A stretch of 56,814 bases of DNA. It comes from Candidatus Kapaibacterium sp. GTDB lineage: Bacteria; Bacteroidota; Ignavibacteria; Palsa-1295. The notes under the pieces are model-generated. The model saw nothing but the letters and a program-made list of their open reading frames with translations. It ran no database searches and was not told the origin of the DNA. The stretch is taken from NCBI GenBank assembly GCA_035686785.1, contig DASRZC010000168.1, forward strand, positions 1 to 56,814, written 5' to 3'. Below, piece by piece: positions 34,153-42,751 of this stretch (within the stretch, counting starts at the first letter, position 1; each line of letters begins with the position of its first letter). Both the position numbers and the translations under genes were made by a program.

Positions 34153-34713
34153 TTACTTCATCACCGCTCGCAACTCGATCAGCGCAGCTTTCATGGCGCG
34201 AAGTTCTTCGAGCGTAATCGCGGCCTGCGGGGTGGGTGGTTTCTCGGTGGGTAGTTGGATTTGGGCGGGATCGCTCGTCGCGGCGATCTCCTCCTGCGGT
34301 TTCGAATCGGTGAATCGTTCGGTGCGGAGGATCGTCTTCGCTCCCTCGATGGTATAACGCTGCTCGCGAAGAAGTTCTTTGATTCGAAGGATGAACTTGA
34401 TGTCGCGATTCGAGTAAATCCGGTTACCGGCTCGGTTTTTCTGCGGGCGCAATTCGTCGAATTCGGTTTCCCAGTAGCGCAGGACGTACGGTTCAAGCCC
34501 GGTGAGGCGGCTCACCTCCGAGATCGAATAGTACAGTTTTGGGATGGAAAGATCTTTCATGGTGCGGCGCGATTGAATTTGCGCGCTTGCCAGCGTAATG
34601 CTCTCCTGCGGAAGCGGCGGGCGCGTCAATTCTTCAGTAGCGGAATGATCGCTCACTCCAGAATGCAGGAGAACGGTATCGGGTCTCTCGAAAAACTCTC
34701 CCTGAGTGCCCAT
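34153..34713 (-). CDS. MerR-family transcriptional regulator
   Basis: HTH segment YYSISEVSRLTGLEPYVLRYWETEF...NRAGNRIYSNRDI. An alternative start is MKDLS at 34560. Confidence 0.85.
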   Translation of the reverse strand: MGTQGEFFERPDTVLLHSGVSDHSATEELTRPPLPQESITLASAQIQSRRTMKDLSIPKLYYSISEVSRLTGLEPYVLRYWETEFDELRPQKNRAGNRIYSNRDIKFILRIKELLREQRYTIEGAKTILRTERFTDSKPQEEIAATSDPAQIQLPTEKPPTPQAAITLEELRAMKAALIELRAVMK

Positions 34714-34825
34714 GGACGATTAATTAATGCAATATACGAAATCAGGCCAGTGAACTTATGAAAATCTTAACCGTTCGGCAATACGCAAAGTTCTGATAGC
34801 TTTGAACCGTGGAATTTTCGAAATG

Positions 34826-35614
34826 TCATCTGCCCATATATTCCGGTTTGCGTTTTTCCTTGAATGCTTCGACGGCATTCGTATAATCTTCGGTTCGTCC
34901 AGCGGCTTCCTGCATGAAGACTTCGTAGTCCAACGCGTCGTCGAGCGATACGGCCGCGGCGCGGTCCATCATGCGCTTAATGTAGCCGTAAGCTTTCGTT
35001 GGGCCGGTAGCAAAGCTCGTTGCGATTTTCCTTGTTTCAGCTTCCAGTTCGCTTGGCGGAACGACTCGGTTTGCAAGGTTCAGTTCCAGCGCCTTTTGCG
35101 CCGGAATATCCTCTCCGAGCGCGGCGAGTTCAAACGCTTTTGCGACACCACAGTTTTTTACGAGAAACCAACTGGAACCGGAATCGGGCACCAGGCCAAT
35201 GCGCACGAAGGCCTCGATCAGTTTCGCGCTCTCGGCCAGGATGCGATAATCGCACGCGAGCGCGAGCGAAGCGCCCGCGCCGGCGGCAACGCCATTGACC
35301 GATGCGATCACCGGCTTTGGCAATTTGCGGATCGCACGAATGAGTGGATTATATCTTCGCTCCAGGGAATCGCGCAACGAACGGACCCCGTTACCGGCAG
35401 GAGCATCCTTCAAATCCTGTCCGGAGCAAAATGCTTTCCCGGCTCCGGTCACGATCACGACACGAATCGCATCGTTTTTCGCCGCCTCCTTGAAGGCATC
35501 GAGAAGGTCGGTAGTAAGCTGCTCGTTGAAAGCGTTATATACTTCCGGCCGGTTCAGAGTGATCGTGAAGACGCCATCCGAAAGGGTGGTGAGAATAGTT
35601 TGAAAGTCTTGCAT
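34826..35614 (-). CDS. Enoyl-CoA hydratase/isomerase (crotonase) family protein
   Basis: 262 aa. Signature segments are ITLNRPEVYNAF...VIVTGAGKAFCSGQDLK and IASVNGVAAGAG. Confidence 0.9.
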   Translation of the reverse strand: MQDFQTILTTLSDGVFTITLNRPEVYNAFNEQLTTDLLDAFKEAAKNDAIRVVIVTGAGKAFCSGQDLKDAPAGNGVRSLRDSLERRYNPLIRAIRKLPKPVIASVNGVAAGAGASLALACDYRILAESAKLIEAFVRIGLVPDSGSSWFLVKNCGVAKAFELAALGEDIPAQKALELNLANRVVPPSELEAETRKIATSFATGPTKAYGYIKRMMDRAAAVSLDDALDYEVFMQEAAGRTEDYTNAVEAFKEKRKPEYMGR

Positions 35615-35844
35615 GGTGTGATGAGGCGCTTAAAAACTGGAACCGTTAAACGTTGAATGCGCTATTCCAGTTTTAGCGATGGGCATTTTTTATCCTTCGG
35701 GGAATCAGCTTCCCGCTGATAAGCTGCGTCCTTGACAAAGCGCGACTTTTTTCCATTCTGATATCTCTTTTTATCGAGCACTTTGGCTTACATAATTCTG
35801 TTGGACAACTGAAATTTTCACGTCATTTTTCTTCCTTCGATACT

Positions 35845-37248
35845 ATGATTACACTTCTCAGCGCCCTCGTCATGCTGGCGCATGCTCCCGTTACGGCGGC
35901 TCACCCATTCTCGCCACCGGCAATTTCGCTTCCGGTGCCGGCGGTCGATACTCCTGCCACCGATACGCTATCGCGTGACAGCTCGTCATCGATGAATGAC
36001 ACGATTCAATTCAATTTTAACAATGGCGGATTCCATATTGGCAAGCGAAAACACACGTACATCCTAACTGGAATCTCGAAGGCGCGGCAAGTTCCGTATA
36101 CCGAGAATTTTTCGCTTCTCGACTTTAACCGCGTGACCGGATTTTTCCTTGGGTTGGGAACCCCGGGCATGGTGGATCTTGGTCCACACGACGAGATCGG
36201 GTTGGAAGGCAGCGGAGGATATGGCTTTGCTTCGAAGCGGTGGGAAGACCGTTTCGGCGGGGAGTTCCGGCTGCCGCTTGCCAACGTCCAGCGCCTGAAA
36301 GAGGACACGAGCTTCAAGCGCACGATGCGCGGAGTCCCGACAATAGCGGTGGGCGCGGAGGTTCACAATATCACCTCGACGGACGATGCCTGGCGCGCGG
36401 ACCGTCTCGAAAATGCGCTCGATGCCTTCTTTGCTCGCGAGGATTTCCGGGATTATTACAAGCTTGCCGGATGGGACGCGTATCTGGCCCTCCGGCCATT
36501 TCGGAATACGGAACTGCGTATCGATTGGCGAAGCGACCACTATCAATCACTCGATCAAACTGTTTTCTATGGTCGCTTTGGCGGCAATAAGGTGCTGCCG
36601 CCGAATCCGCCCGTGGCCGAAGGCGAAATGCACTCGCTCGCTATCTCCGCGCAGATGGAGCACGTTCACACGCGGATTATCCAAACGACGAATCTGTTCG
36701 GGGATTCCGTTTCCATCGAGCAGCTCGCTGGGAGGAGCAACCTGTTACAAGTCGAGCTTGGCCACATGCCCGGCTCGGACTTTGGCTTCAATCGTTACCT
36801 GCTCGACATGCGTATGTTCCATCCGATTCTTCATGGCCTCAATCTCGATACGCGTTTACGTTTCGAAGCTACGACGGGCGATATGATCGAGCAAAAAATG
36901 GAATTCCTTGGCGGCCCAGGTTCGCTGCCGGCACTGTATCGGAAGTCCATCGAAGGAAACCGAATGTTGCTTCTGAACACGGAGGTGCGCCTTAATCTGG
37001 CGATGCTTTCGGCGTTCTTTCATTCGCCGGACCTGAATCTGGTACTTTACAATGATTTTGCGAAGATGGGAATTGCGGGTACGGGCGAATCCATCGTTCA
37101 GGGCTTCCAGTTTAGCGGCGTTTCGTCCATCCTCTATAATGTGGGCGTCGGTTTGGGCTGGACGAATGGCATTCAGGTTGGCGCCTCCTGGGGGACGGAT
37201 ATTAAGGCCGATCCAAGAATAATCTTCCGATTGCAGCGGTCGTTCTGA
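35845..37248 (+). CDS. Omp85/Bac_surface_Ag-type outer-membrane beta-barrel protein
   Basis: 467 aa with a signal peptide. The GGPGSLPALY...LLLNTEVRL motif is typical of the surface-antigen barrel. The C-terminal residue is aromatic (...LQRSF). Confidence 0.6.
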   Translation: MITLLSALVMLAHAPVTAAHPFSPPAISLPVPAVDTPATDTLSRDSSSSMNDTIQFNFNNGGFHIGKRKHTYILTGISKARQVPYTENFSLLDFNRVTGFFLGLGTPGMVDLGPHDEIGLEGSGGYGFASKRWEDRFGGEFRLPLANVQRLKEDTSFKRTMRGVPTIAVGAEVHNITSTDDAWRADRLENALDAFFAREDFRDYYKLAGWDAYLALRPFRNTELRIDWRSDHYQSLDQTVFYGRFGGNKVLPPNPPVAEGEMHSLAISAQMEHVHTRIIQTTNLFGDSVSIEQLAGRSNLLQVELGHMPGSDFGFNRYLLDMRMFHPILHGLNLDTRLRFEATTGDMIEQKMEFLGGPGSLPALYRKSIEGNRMLLLNTEVRLNLAMLSAFFHSPDLNLVLYNDFAKMGIAGTGESIVQGFQFSGVSSILYNVGVGLGWTNGIQVGASWGTDIKADPRIIFRLQRSF

Positions 37249-37276
37249 ACCAGGTTTAACCTTGCACTATTGGTCC

Positions 37277-40200
37277 TTACCGCACAATGGCGAGTTTTCC
37301 GAAGAAACGTTTGCTTCCGGCGAGAAGCTGATATTCATACGCTCCGGCTGGGAGCTTCGAGCCATCGAGCGTGATTTCGCGATCGCCGGCCGCGAGCGTT
37401 CCTTCCAGAATTCGAAGCATTTCGCGGCCCAGCAAATCGCGGACGACGAGCGTCACATTCGCAGCTGCATCCAGCGAGAACCGGAGTGTGGAACTCGTGG
37501 AAAATGGATTAGGCGCGAGCGACATCGCCTCGCCTTGCGCGACGAGTGTAGCAGCGCTTTCACTTTCGGCAATGCTGAATGGCGAAGAAGTCCCCATTGC
37601 TCCCGATGCATACTGGACGCGAATGATATAGCCCGATTGCGCCGTGGAGGGGACGGTCGTCCATTCATAACTTGTAATTCCCGCCCCGAGATCGTCCGCG
37701 ATGGGGCCATAGACTCCGGAAACGGGATCGAGCAAGTCGATATCCAGTGATTCGCCCGTGTAACCCGTCACATTCCAGCGAATCGTTTCCGGTATTCCCG
37801 CGGGTAGATTCGGCGCGCCACCCACGGTGACGTTCGTTACCTTGCCGGAATTCGTTATCCCGCCGGAATCGAGGATTGCAAACATCCCGCTCACGCCCAC
37901 GATCCCTTTCGCATCTGTAACTCGTACAAAGGAAGTGGCGCTTGGTGTATTGGGAACCAGCCAATTATAGGAGGTTCGATTGGAGAGTGTGGTAATCGGG
38001 TTCCAGCTCGCCATGTTGTCGGTGCTGTATTCGAGCGCGATCGAACTCTCGCTGAGGGGGCCGCTCACGGAAAATGCGATGACCTGGGTTGTCCCGACGA
38101 GGAGCGACGCGTTCGCCGCCGGCGAAGTGACGGTGATTCGGCCCGAATCGAGTATCCGGCTTGAATCGACGATTGAAAACATGCCGCTTACCCCGACCAC
38201 CCCGTTGGCATCCGTTACGCGCGCGAAGACCTTCGTGCTTGGCGTGTTGGGAATAAGCCAGCCGTAGGCTGTTTGATTGGAAAGTGTGGTAATCGGGTTC
38301 CAGCTCGCCTGGTTGTCGGTGCTGTACTCGAGGGTCAACGAACTCTCGTTGACGGGGCCGCTCACGGAAAATGCGATGGCCTGGGTTGTTCCGACTACGA
38401 GCGACTCGTTCGCCGCCGGCGAAGTAACGGTGATCCTACCCGAATCGACGATTGAAAACTGTTGGCTTACACCGACTACCCCATTGGCATCTATTACACG
38501 CACGAAGGCAGTGGCGCTCGGCGCTTCGGGAATCAGCCAATTGTAGGATGTTTGATTGGAGAGTGTGGTAAGCGGGTTCCATCTCGCCATGTTGTCGGTG
38601 CTGTATTCCAGGGCAATTGAACTCTCGTTGACGAAACCGCTCGCGGAAAATGCGATGGGTTGGGTTGTCCCGACCAGGAGCGATTGGTTCGCCGCCGGCG
38701 ATGTAACGGTGATGCGGCCCGTATCGAGGATGGAAAACATCCCGCTCACCCCGACCGCCCCGTTGGCATCCCGAACGCGCACGAAGGCATTCATACTCAG
38801 CGTCCTGGGAATTCGCCAATTGTAGGATGTTTGATTGGAGAGTGCGATAATCGGGGTCCAGGTCGTCATGTTGTCGGTGCTGTATTCGATGGTCATCGAA
38901 CTCTCGTTGACGGGACCGGCCACGGAAAATGTGATGGCATGCGTTGTCCCGATGAGCAGCGAGTCGTTCGCCGCCGGAGCCGTAACCGTGATGACCGGCC
39001 TTGGGAACTTCAAAGCTCGGTAAGAATAATCGAGCGGGAGGAACAACCAATCCGAGACTACTTTCCCATCGGGCTGAACTTCCGTTGCCCCTGCGGCGGG
39101 CGACTGAACCGAGTCGCCCAATTGTATTCCCTGTATTCCCCACCCGATAAACGTATTGCCATTCGGCATTCGCTGCACGCTCCCCATGGCATACGTAGAA
39201 ATCTCGGGATTGTGGTGGAATTGCCATACGACCGAATCGGTCATGTTCGAGGTATCAAGCTCGAATTCGACTGCCCGGCTTACCGCAACGGCGTGGTAAT
39301 TGCCATTGTCGAACAGCAGGATGTGGTCATTTGGAAGAAACCTCGCGCAATGCTGGTAACTGATTCCGATCGTATCATTGAGCGATGTAAATTGGTTGTG
39401 CCGGCCTCCAAATCTCCAAATAATAGCGCCCGATCTGCCATCGATCTTGGTTACTTCGCTCAGATGGCGATTGGAGAGTAAGTAATTACCTTCGGAATCG
39501 ATGTCAATCGCGTTAGCGTGCTCGAAGTCAACGGGATTATGCGTGAAGCTGACGCCAGACGCGTCGGTTATGTTATAATGGTCAATTCCCCGCCATTGAA
39601 ATAAGAGGTTACCAGCCGAATCGAAGGTCTGGATGACATTACTTTGAATTTCAGCATTCGACGATCCTCCGGCCGCGGACAAATCAGCGGTTGAGAGCAT
39701 GTCTCCAAGGATGGTATATCCGCCATCCTTGTGTACGATAAGTTCATGTTCGTCCGGCGTATAGGAATTTGCGCATCCAAACGAATCGACGAGATTGAAT
39801 GCGGAATCCAGACCATAGTATTTGCTCCCGGAGAAATAGGTCATTTCGCCATTAGGCTGCGGGAGAAAGTCGAAGGCCGAATTTTGGAGGGGCACAAACT
39901 TCAGAAGATTCGCATTCTCATCCAACACTGAGAGTCCCGCCACGTTTCTGTCACTGCTGACAATGGAAATATAAACTTTCCCCGGAGTGGGGGCCAGGGT
40001 GAAAACGCTATCGACCATTGGCCCGAGGCTGAGAACCCGATCGTTCGAAAATTTTCCAAGCGGTCGCGATTTGCCGGCGGTAGCGTTTTCGAAGCTATCC
40101 CGCACCACAAGTTGGCTTCCGAGTGCATGGCTTACCGTTTGGAACGAAAAAGAATCTTGTAGGGGACGCTGGTCGGGGAGCAGTGCCGTGAGGAGAACAC

Positions 40201-40510
40201 TCACCCGCTCGTTGAGGTCGAAGGCGACGGAGGGCCGAAAGATAATGGTAGTCCGGTCCACGGAATATCGCACGGTTCCCAAGTGCCTTCCGGAACGCGA
40301 GCCGGTCACAACGAACGTAGCTTCGGAAGAGCCGAATGGCTTATTCAGGCTTATCCCGATGTCCGTTCCAACCGGCACTTCGGTGCTCGATGCCATCGGA
40401 TAGCTTCGAAGGACCATTGGGGTGTCCCCGGAATGAGTTCCGGCCCTTGCCGCGCTAATTATTGAGAACGAGAATAGAAGGAACAACCATCCCGCACGAG
40501 TTTCACTCAT
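37277..40510 (-). CDS. Secreted arylsulfotransferase-like beta-propeller protein with four or five tandem Ig-like repeats and T9SS sorting domain
   Basis: 1077 aa. ASST-like segments are HANAIDIDSEGNYLLSNRHLSEVTKIDGRSGAIIWRFGG and FLPNDHILLFDNGN. There are four ~93-99-aa near-identical repeats (GRITVTSPAAN...EYSTDN...FSIVDS). The C-terminal CTD reads LAPNPFS...GAYEYQLL...LAIVR. Confidence 0.7.
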   Translation of the reverse strand: MSETRAGWLFLLFSFSIISAARAGTHSGDTPMVLRSYPMASSTEVPVGTDIGISLNKPFGSSEATFVVTGSRSGRHLGTVRYSVDRTTIIFRPSVAFDLNERVSVLLTALLPDQRPLQDSFSFQTVSHALGSQLVVRDSFENATAGKSRPLGKFSNDRVLSLGPMVDSVFTLAPTPGKVYISIVSSDRNVAGLSVLDENANLLKFVPLQNSAFDFLPQPNGEMTYFSGSKYYGLDSAFNLVDSFGCANSYTPDEHELIVHKDGGYTILGDMLSTADLSAAGGSSNAEIQSNVIQTFDSAGNLLFQWRGIDHYNITDASGVSFTHNPVDFEHANAIDIDSEGNYLLSNRHLSEVTKIDGRSGAIIWRFGGRHNQFTSLNDTIGISYQHCARFLPNDHILLFDNGNYHAVAVSRAVEFELDTSNMTDSVVWQFHHNPEISTYAMGSVQRMPNGNTFIGWGIQGIQLGDSVQSPAAGATEVQPDGKVVSDWLFLPLDYSYRALKFPRPVITVTAPAANDSLLIGTTHAITFSVAGPVNESSMTIEYSTDNMTTWTPIIALSNQTSYNWRIPRTLSMNAFVRVRDANGAVGVSGMFSILDTGRITVTSPAANQSLLVGTTQPIAFSASGFVNESSIALEYSTDNMARWNPLTTLSNQTSYNWLIPEAPSATAFVRVIDANGVVGVSQQFSIVDSGRITVTSPAANESLVVGTTQAIAFSVSGPVNESSLTLEYSTDNQASWNPITTLSNQTAYGWLIPNTPSTKVFARVTDANGVVGVSGMFSIVDSSRILDSGRITVTSPAANASLLVGTTQVIAFSVSGPLSESSIALEYSTDNMASWNPITTLSNRTSYNWLVPNTPSATSFVRVTDAKGIVGVSGMFAILDSGGITNSGKVTNVTVGGAPNLPAGIPETIRWNVTGYTGESLDIDLLDPVSGVYGPIADDLGAGITSYEWTTVPSTAQSGYIIRVQYASGAMGTSSPFSIAESESAATLVAQGEAMSLAPNPFSTSSTLRFSLDAAANVTLVVRDLLGREMLRILEGTLAAGDREITLDGSKLPAGAYEYQLLAGSKRFFGKLAIVR

Positions 40511-40664
40511 GATCCTAAACGGTTAAAGCGTTAAAAAACAGCGGAGAACTAACGAAAGGTATTAATGTAACCCCGAAGAGACTCAAGTATAACAACCTGC
40601 GACCGCGGAATCTTAAATTTTTTAGAGGGAGGGGCTTGCGGTCTTCCGTTCGCGGGGCTTAGGT

Positions 40665-41168
40665 TCAGACGTTTCTCTGCTTCCTGAAATATTCCTGCAT
40701 CAGCGCGGCGCACTCCTTATCCAGCACACCGGGAATGATTTTCACCTGATGGTTCAACCGGGTATCTTGGGGAATATTATAGAGTGTTCCGCATGCGCCC
40801 GCTTTGATGTCATACGCGCCGAAGACCAATCGTGGAATCCGAGCGAGGACGATCGCGCCGGCGCACATCGGGCACGGTTCAATCGTGGCATAGAGGGTGG
40901 TATCCGTAAGGTATCGCGATTCGAGCGCGGCGCTGGCGGAGGTGATCGCCATCATTTCGGCGTGAGCGGTGGCGTCCTTAAGCTGCTCCGTAAGATTGTG
41001 GCCCTTGGCAATAATTCGCTCGTCCTGAACGATCACGCAGCCAATCGGGACTTCGTCAAGCTCGAACGCCTTCGCTGCCTCGATGAGCGCCTGCCGCATC
41101 CAATAATCGTGAGTAAACAAATGGAATGAAATGACAAAGGACGAATGAAAAATGCGTCCATTGGTCAT
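40665..41168 (-). CDS. tadA: tRNA-specific adenosine deaminase
   Basis: Zinc-binding motifs HAEMMAI and PCPMCAGA are present. An alternative start is at 41099 (MRQALIEA). Confidence 0.9.
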   Translation of the reverse strand: MTNGRIFHSSFVISFHLFTHDYWMRQALIEAAKAFELDEVPIGCVIVQDERIIAKGHNLTEQLKDATAHAEMMAITSASAALESRYLTDTTLYATIEPCPMCAGAIVLARIPRLVFGAYDIKAGACGTLYNIPQDTRLNHQVKIIPGVLDKECAALMQEYFRKQRNV

Positions 41169-41185
41169 TTGTCATTGAAAATTGA

Positions 41186-41262
41186 TGGTGGGCCCTGCAG
41201 GACTTGAACCTGCGACCAATCGATTATGAGTCGACTGCTCTGACCAACTGAGCTAAGGGCCC
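41186..41262 (-). tRNA. tRNA with CAT anticodon (elongator Met or Ile2/lysidine type)
   Basis: The reverse complement is GGGCCCTTAGCTCAGTTGGTCAGAGCAGTCGACTCATAATCGATTGGTCGCAGGTTCAAGTCCTGCAGGGCCCACCA. It folds as a cloverleaf with CCA encoded. It lacks the initiator features (no 1:72 mismatch, no GGG/CCC anticodon stem). Confidence 0.9.
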
Positions 41263-41268
41263 TTTTTC

Positions 41269-41303
41269 AATTACAAATTGCGAATTACGAATTAGGAATT
41301 GAA
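41269..41303. repeat. Degenerate heptamer array (AATTACA AATTGCG AATTACG AATTAGG AATTGAA)
   Basis: Five AATTNNN units starting 7 nt upstream (in the minus sense) of the tRNA 5' end. It shares the core unit of the 20647/20938 arrays. Confidence 0.8.
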
Positions 41304-41386
41304 AGGCGGCGTGACAACTACTCGGAGCGTGTTCAAATTCCTTCATCAAGGCACAAAATGCGAATAGGGGGCGTTCGGGGAGCGAT

Positions 41387-42751
41387 ATGCCGCCAATTGC
41401 CGTCAGTGCTCGCCCTGAACTTGTCGAAGGGTCACGAATCTCGGTCCATACGCTGGGGTGCAAGCTGAATTACGCGGAGACTTCCACGATTGCCCGCTCT
41501 TTCGTCGAGCGGGGCTTGGCGCTCGTTCCATTCGACCGGGAAACGGATGTATTCGTGCTTAACACCTGCTCGGTCACCGAAAATGCCGAGAAGGAATGCC
41601 GGCAAATCGTTCGGCGCGTGCTTCGCCAGTCCCCGAATGCCTTTGTTATTGCGACCGGCTGCTACGCGCAGCTTCGTCCCGAGGAATTGGCAAGCATCGA
41701 GGGCGTGGACCTCGTGCTCGGTTCCAAAGAAAAACAAGACGCGATACAATATGCAGGCGGGTTCGAGAAATCGAAGGGACCACGAATTTTCGTGTCGGAA
41801 ATTAGCGATACAAAGGAATTTCACTTCGCGGAAACCTCGGAAGGGCATGGCCATACGCGTGCTTTTTTGAAAGTGCAGGACGGCTGCGATTATTCCTGCT
41901 CCTTCTGCACGATACCTATGGCACGCGGCGGATCGCGCTCGGCAAAGATCGAAGACATTACCCGCAGGGCGCGCGCCCTATGCGCGGATGGCTTCCGCGA
42001 GATCGTGCTTTCCGGAGTAAACGCCGGGGATTTTGGCCGCAAAAGTGGCACGAGCTTTTTTGAACTAATGCTCGCGATGGAGCGCGACCCGGAAATTACC
42101 GCGCGCATTCGCATCAGCTCTATCGAACCAAACTTGCTCACGGATGACATCATCGATCTCGTTGCCGCTTCGCAAAAATTTTGTCCCCATTTTCATATTC
42201 CATTACAATCTGGTTCCGATAGGATTCTCCGATTGATGAAGCGCAGGTATGCAGTGGGAACCTATCAGGCGAAGATAGCATGGATAAAAACTTCCATGCC
42301 GGATGCCTGTATTGGCGCGGACGTCATCGCCGGTTTTCCGGGCGAGACGGACGAGGACTTTCGAGAGACCTGCGATTTCATTCGCTCGCTCGATCTTTCC
42401 TATCTCCACGTATTTACGTTCAGCGAACGGCCGGGCACGAAGGCTTCGACGATGCCAGACGCGGTCCCGATCCACATTCGCCGGGACCGCACGCGCTTGC
42501 TCCGCGTAATCTCCGAAAAAAAACGCCGCGCCTTTCATGCCGGACAAATTGGCCGCGAGGCTGAAATTCTCGTGGAGCAAGGGATGCAAGGATATAGCCG
42601 GAACTATGTTCGCGCGCGGCTTACCAGCGATGCCCCGAGAGGCGCGATTGTTCGTGCGAGTTTGAAGGAGATGAATGGCGATGCCGTTCTGGCCGAGCCG
42701 TTCGAAATTCTCAAAGCGCCAAGAGAGGAAGGTCTGTTGCCAATCCTGTGA
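41387..42751 (+). CDS. mtaB: tRNA threonylcarbamoyladenosine methylthiotransferase MtaB (radical SAM)
   Basis: UPF0004 N-domain HTLGCKLNYAETS, radical-SAM cluster motif CDYSCSFCTIP, ~450 aa. Confidence 0.85.
   Translation: MPPIAVSARPELVEGSRISVHTLGCKLNYAETSTIARSFVERGLALVPFDRETDVFVLNTCSVTENAEKECRQIVRRVLRQSPNAFVIATGCYAQLRPEELASIEGVDLVLGSKEKQDAIQYAGGFEKSKGPRIFVSEISDTKEFHFAETSEGHGHTRAFLKVQDGCDYSCSFCTIPMARGGSRSAKIEDITRRARALCADGFREIVLSGVNAGDFGRKSGTSFFELMLAMERDPEITARIRISSIEPNLLTDDIIDLVAASQKFCPHFHIPLQSGSDRILRLMKRRYAVGTYQAKIAWIKTSMPDACIGADVIAGFPGETDEDFRETCDFIRSLDLSYLHVFTFSERPGTKASTMPDAVPIHIRRDRTRLLRVISEKKRRAFHAGQIGREAEILVEQGMQGYSRNYVRARLTSDAPRGAIVRASLKEMNGDAVLAEPFEILKAPREEGLLPIL

Noticed and set aside
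37855-39003. CRISPR-like regular repeats
   Set aside because: The periodicity is 279-297 bp and in frame inside a long CDS, so these are protein domain repeats. No short repeat-spacer array or cas gene exists anywhere in the window.
40561-40600. Third copy of the GGGTTACAT(T/A)AATA motif, upstream of the ASST-like gene
   Set aside because: Only ~15 nt are shared. The orientation relative to the gene is opposite to the 28.5-kb copy, and no comparable hairpin is present. It is probably chance or a half-site.
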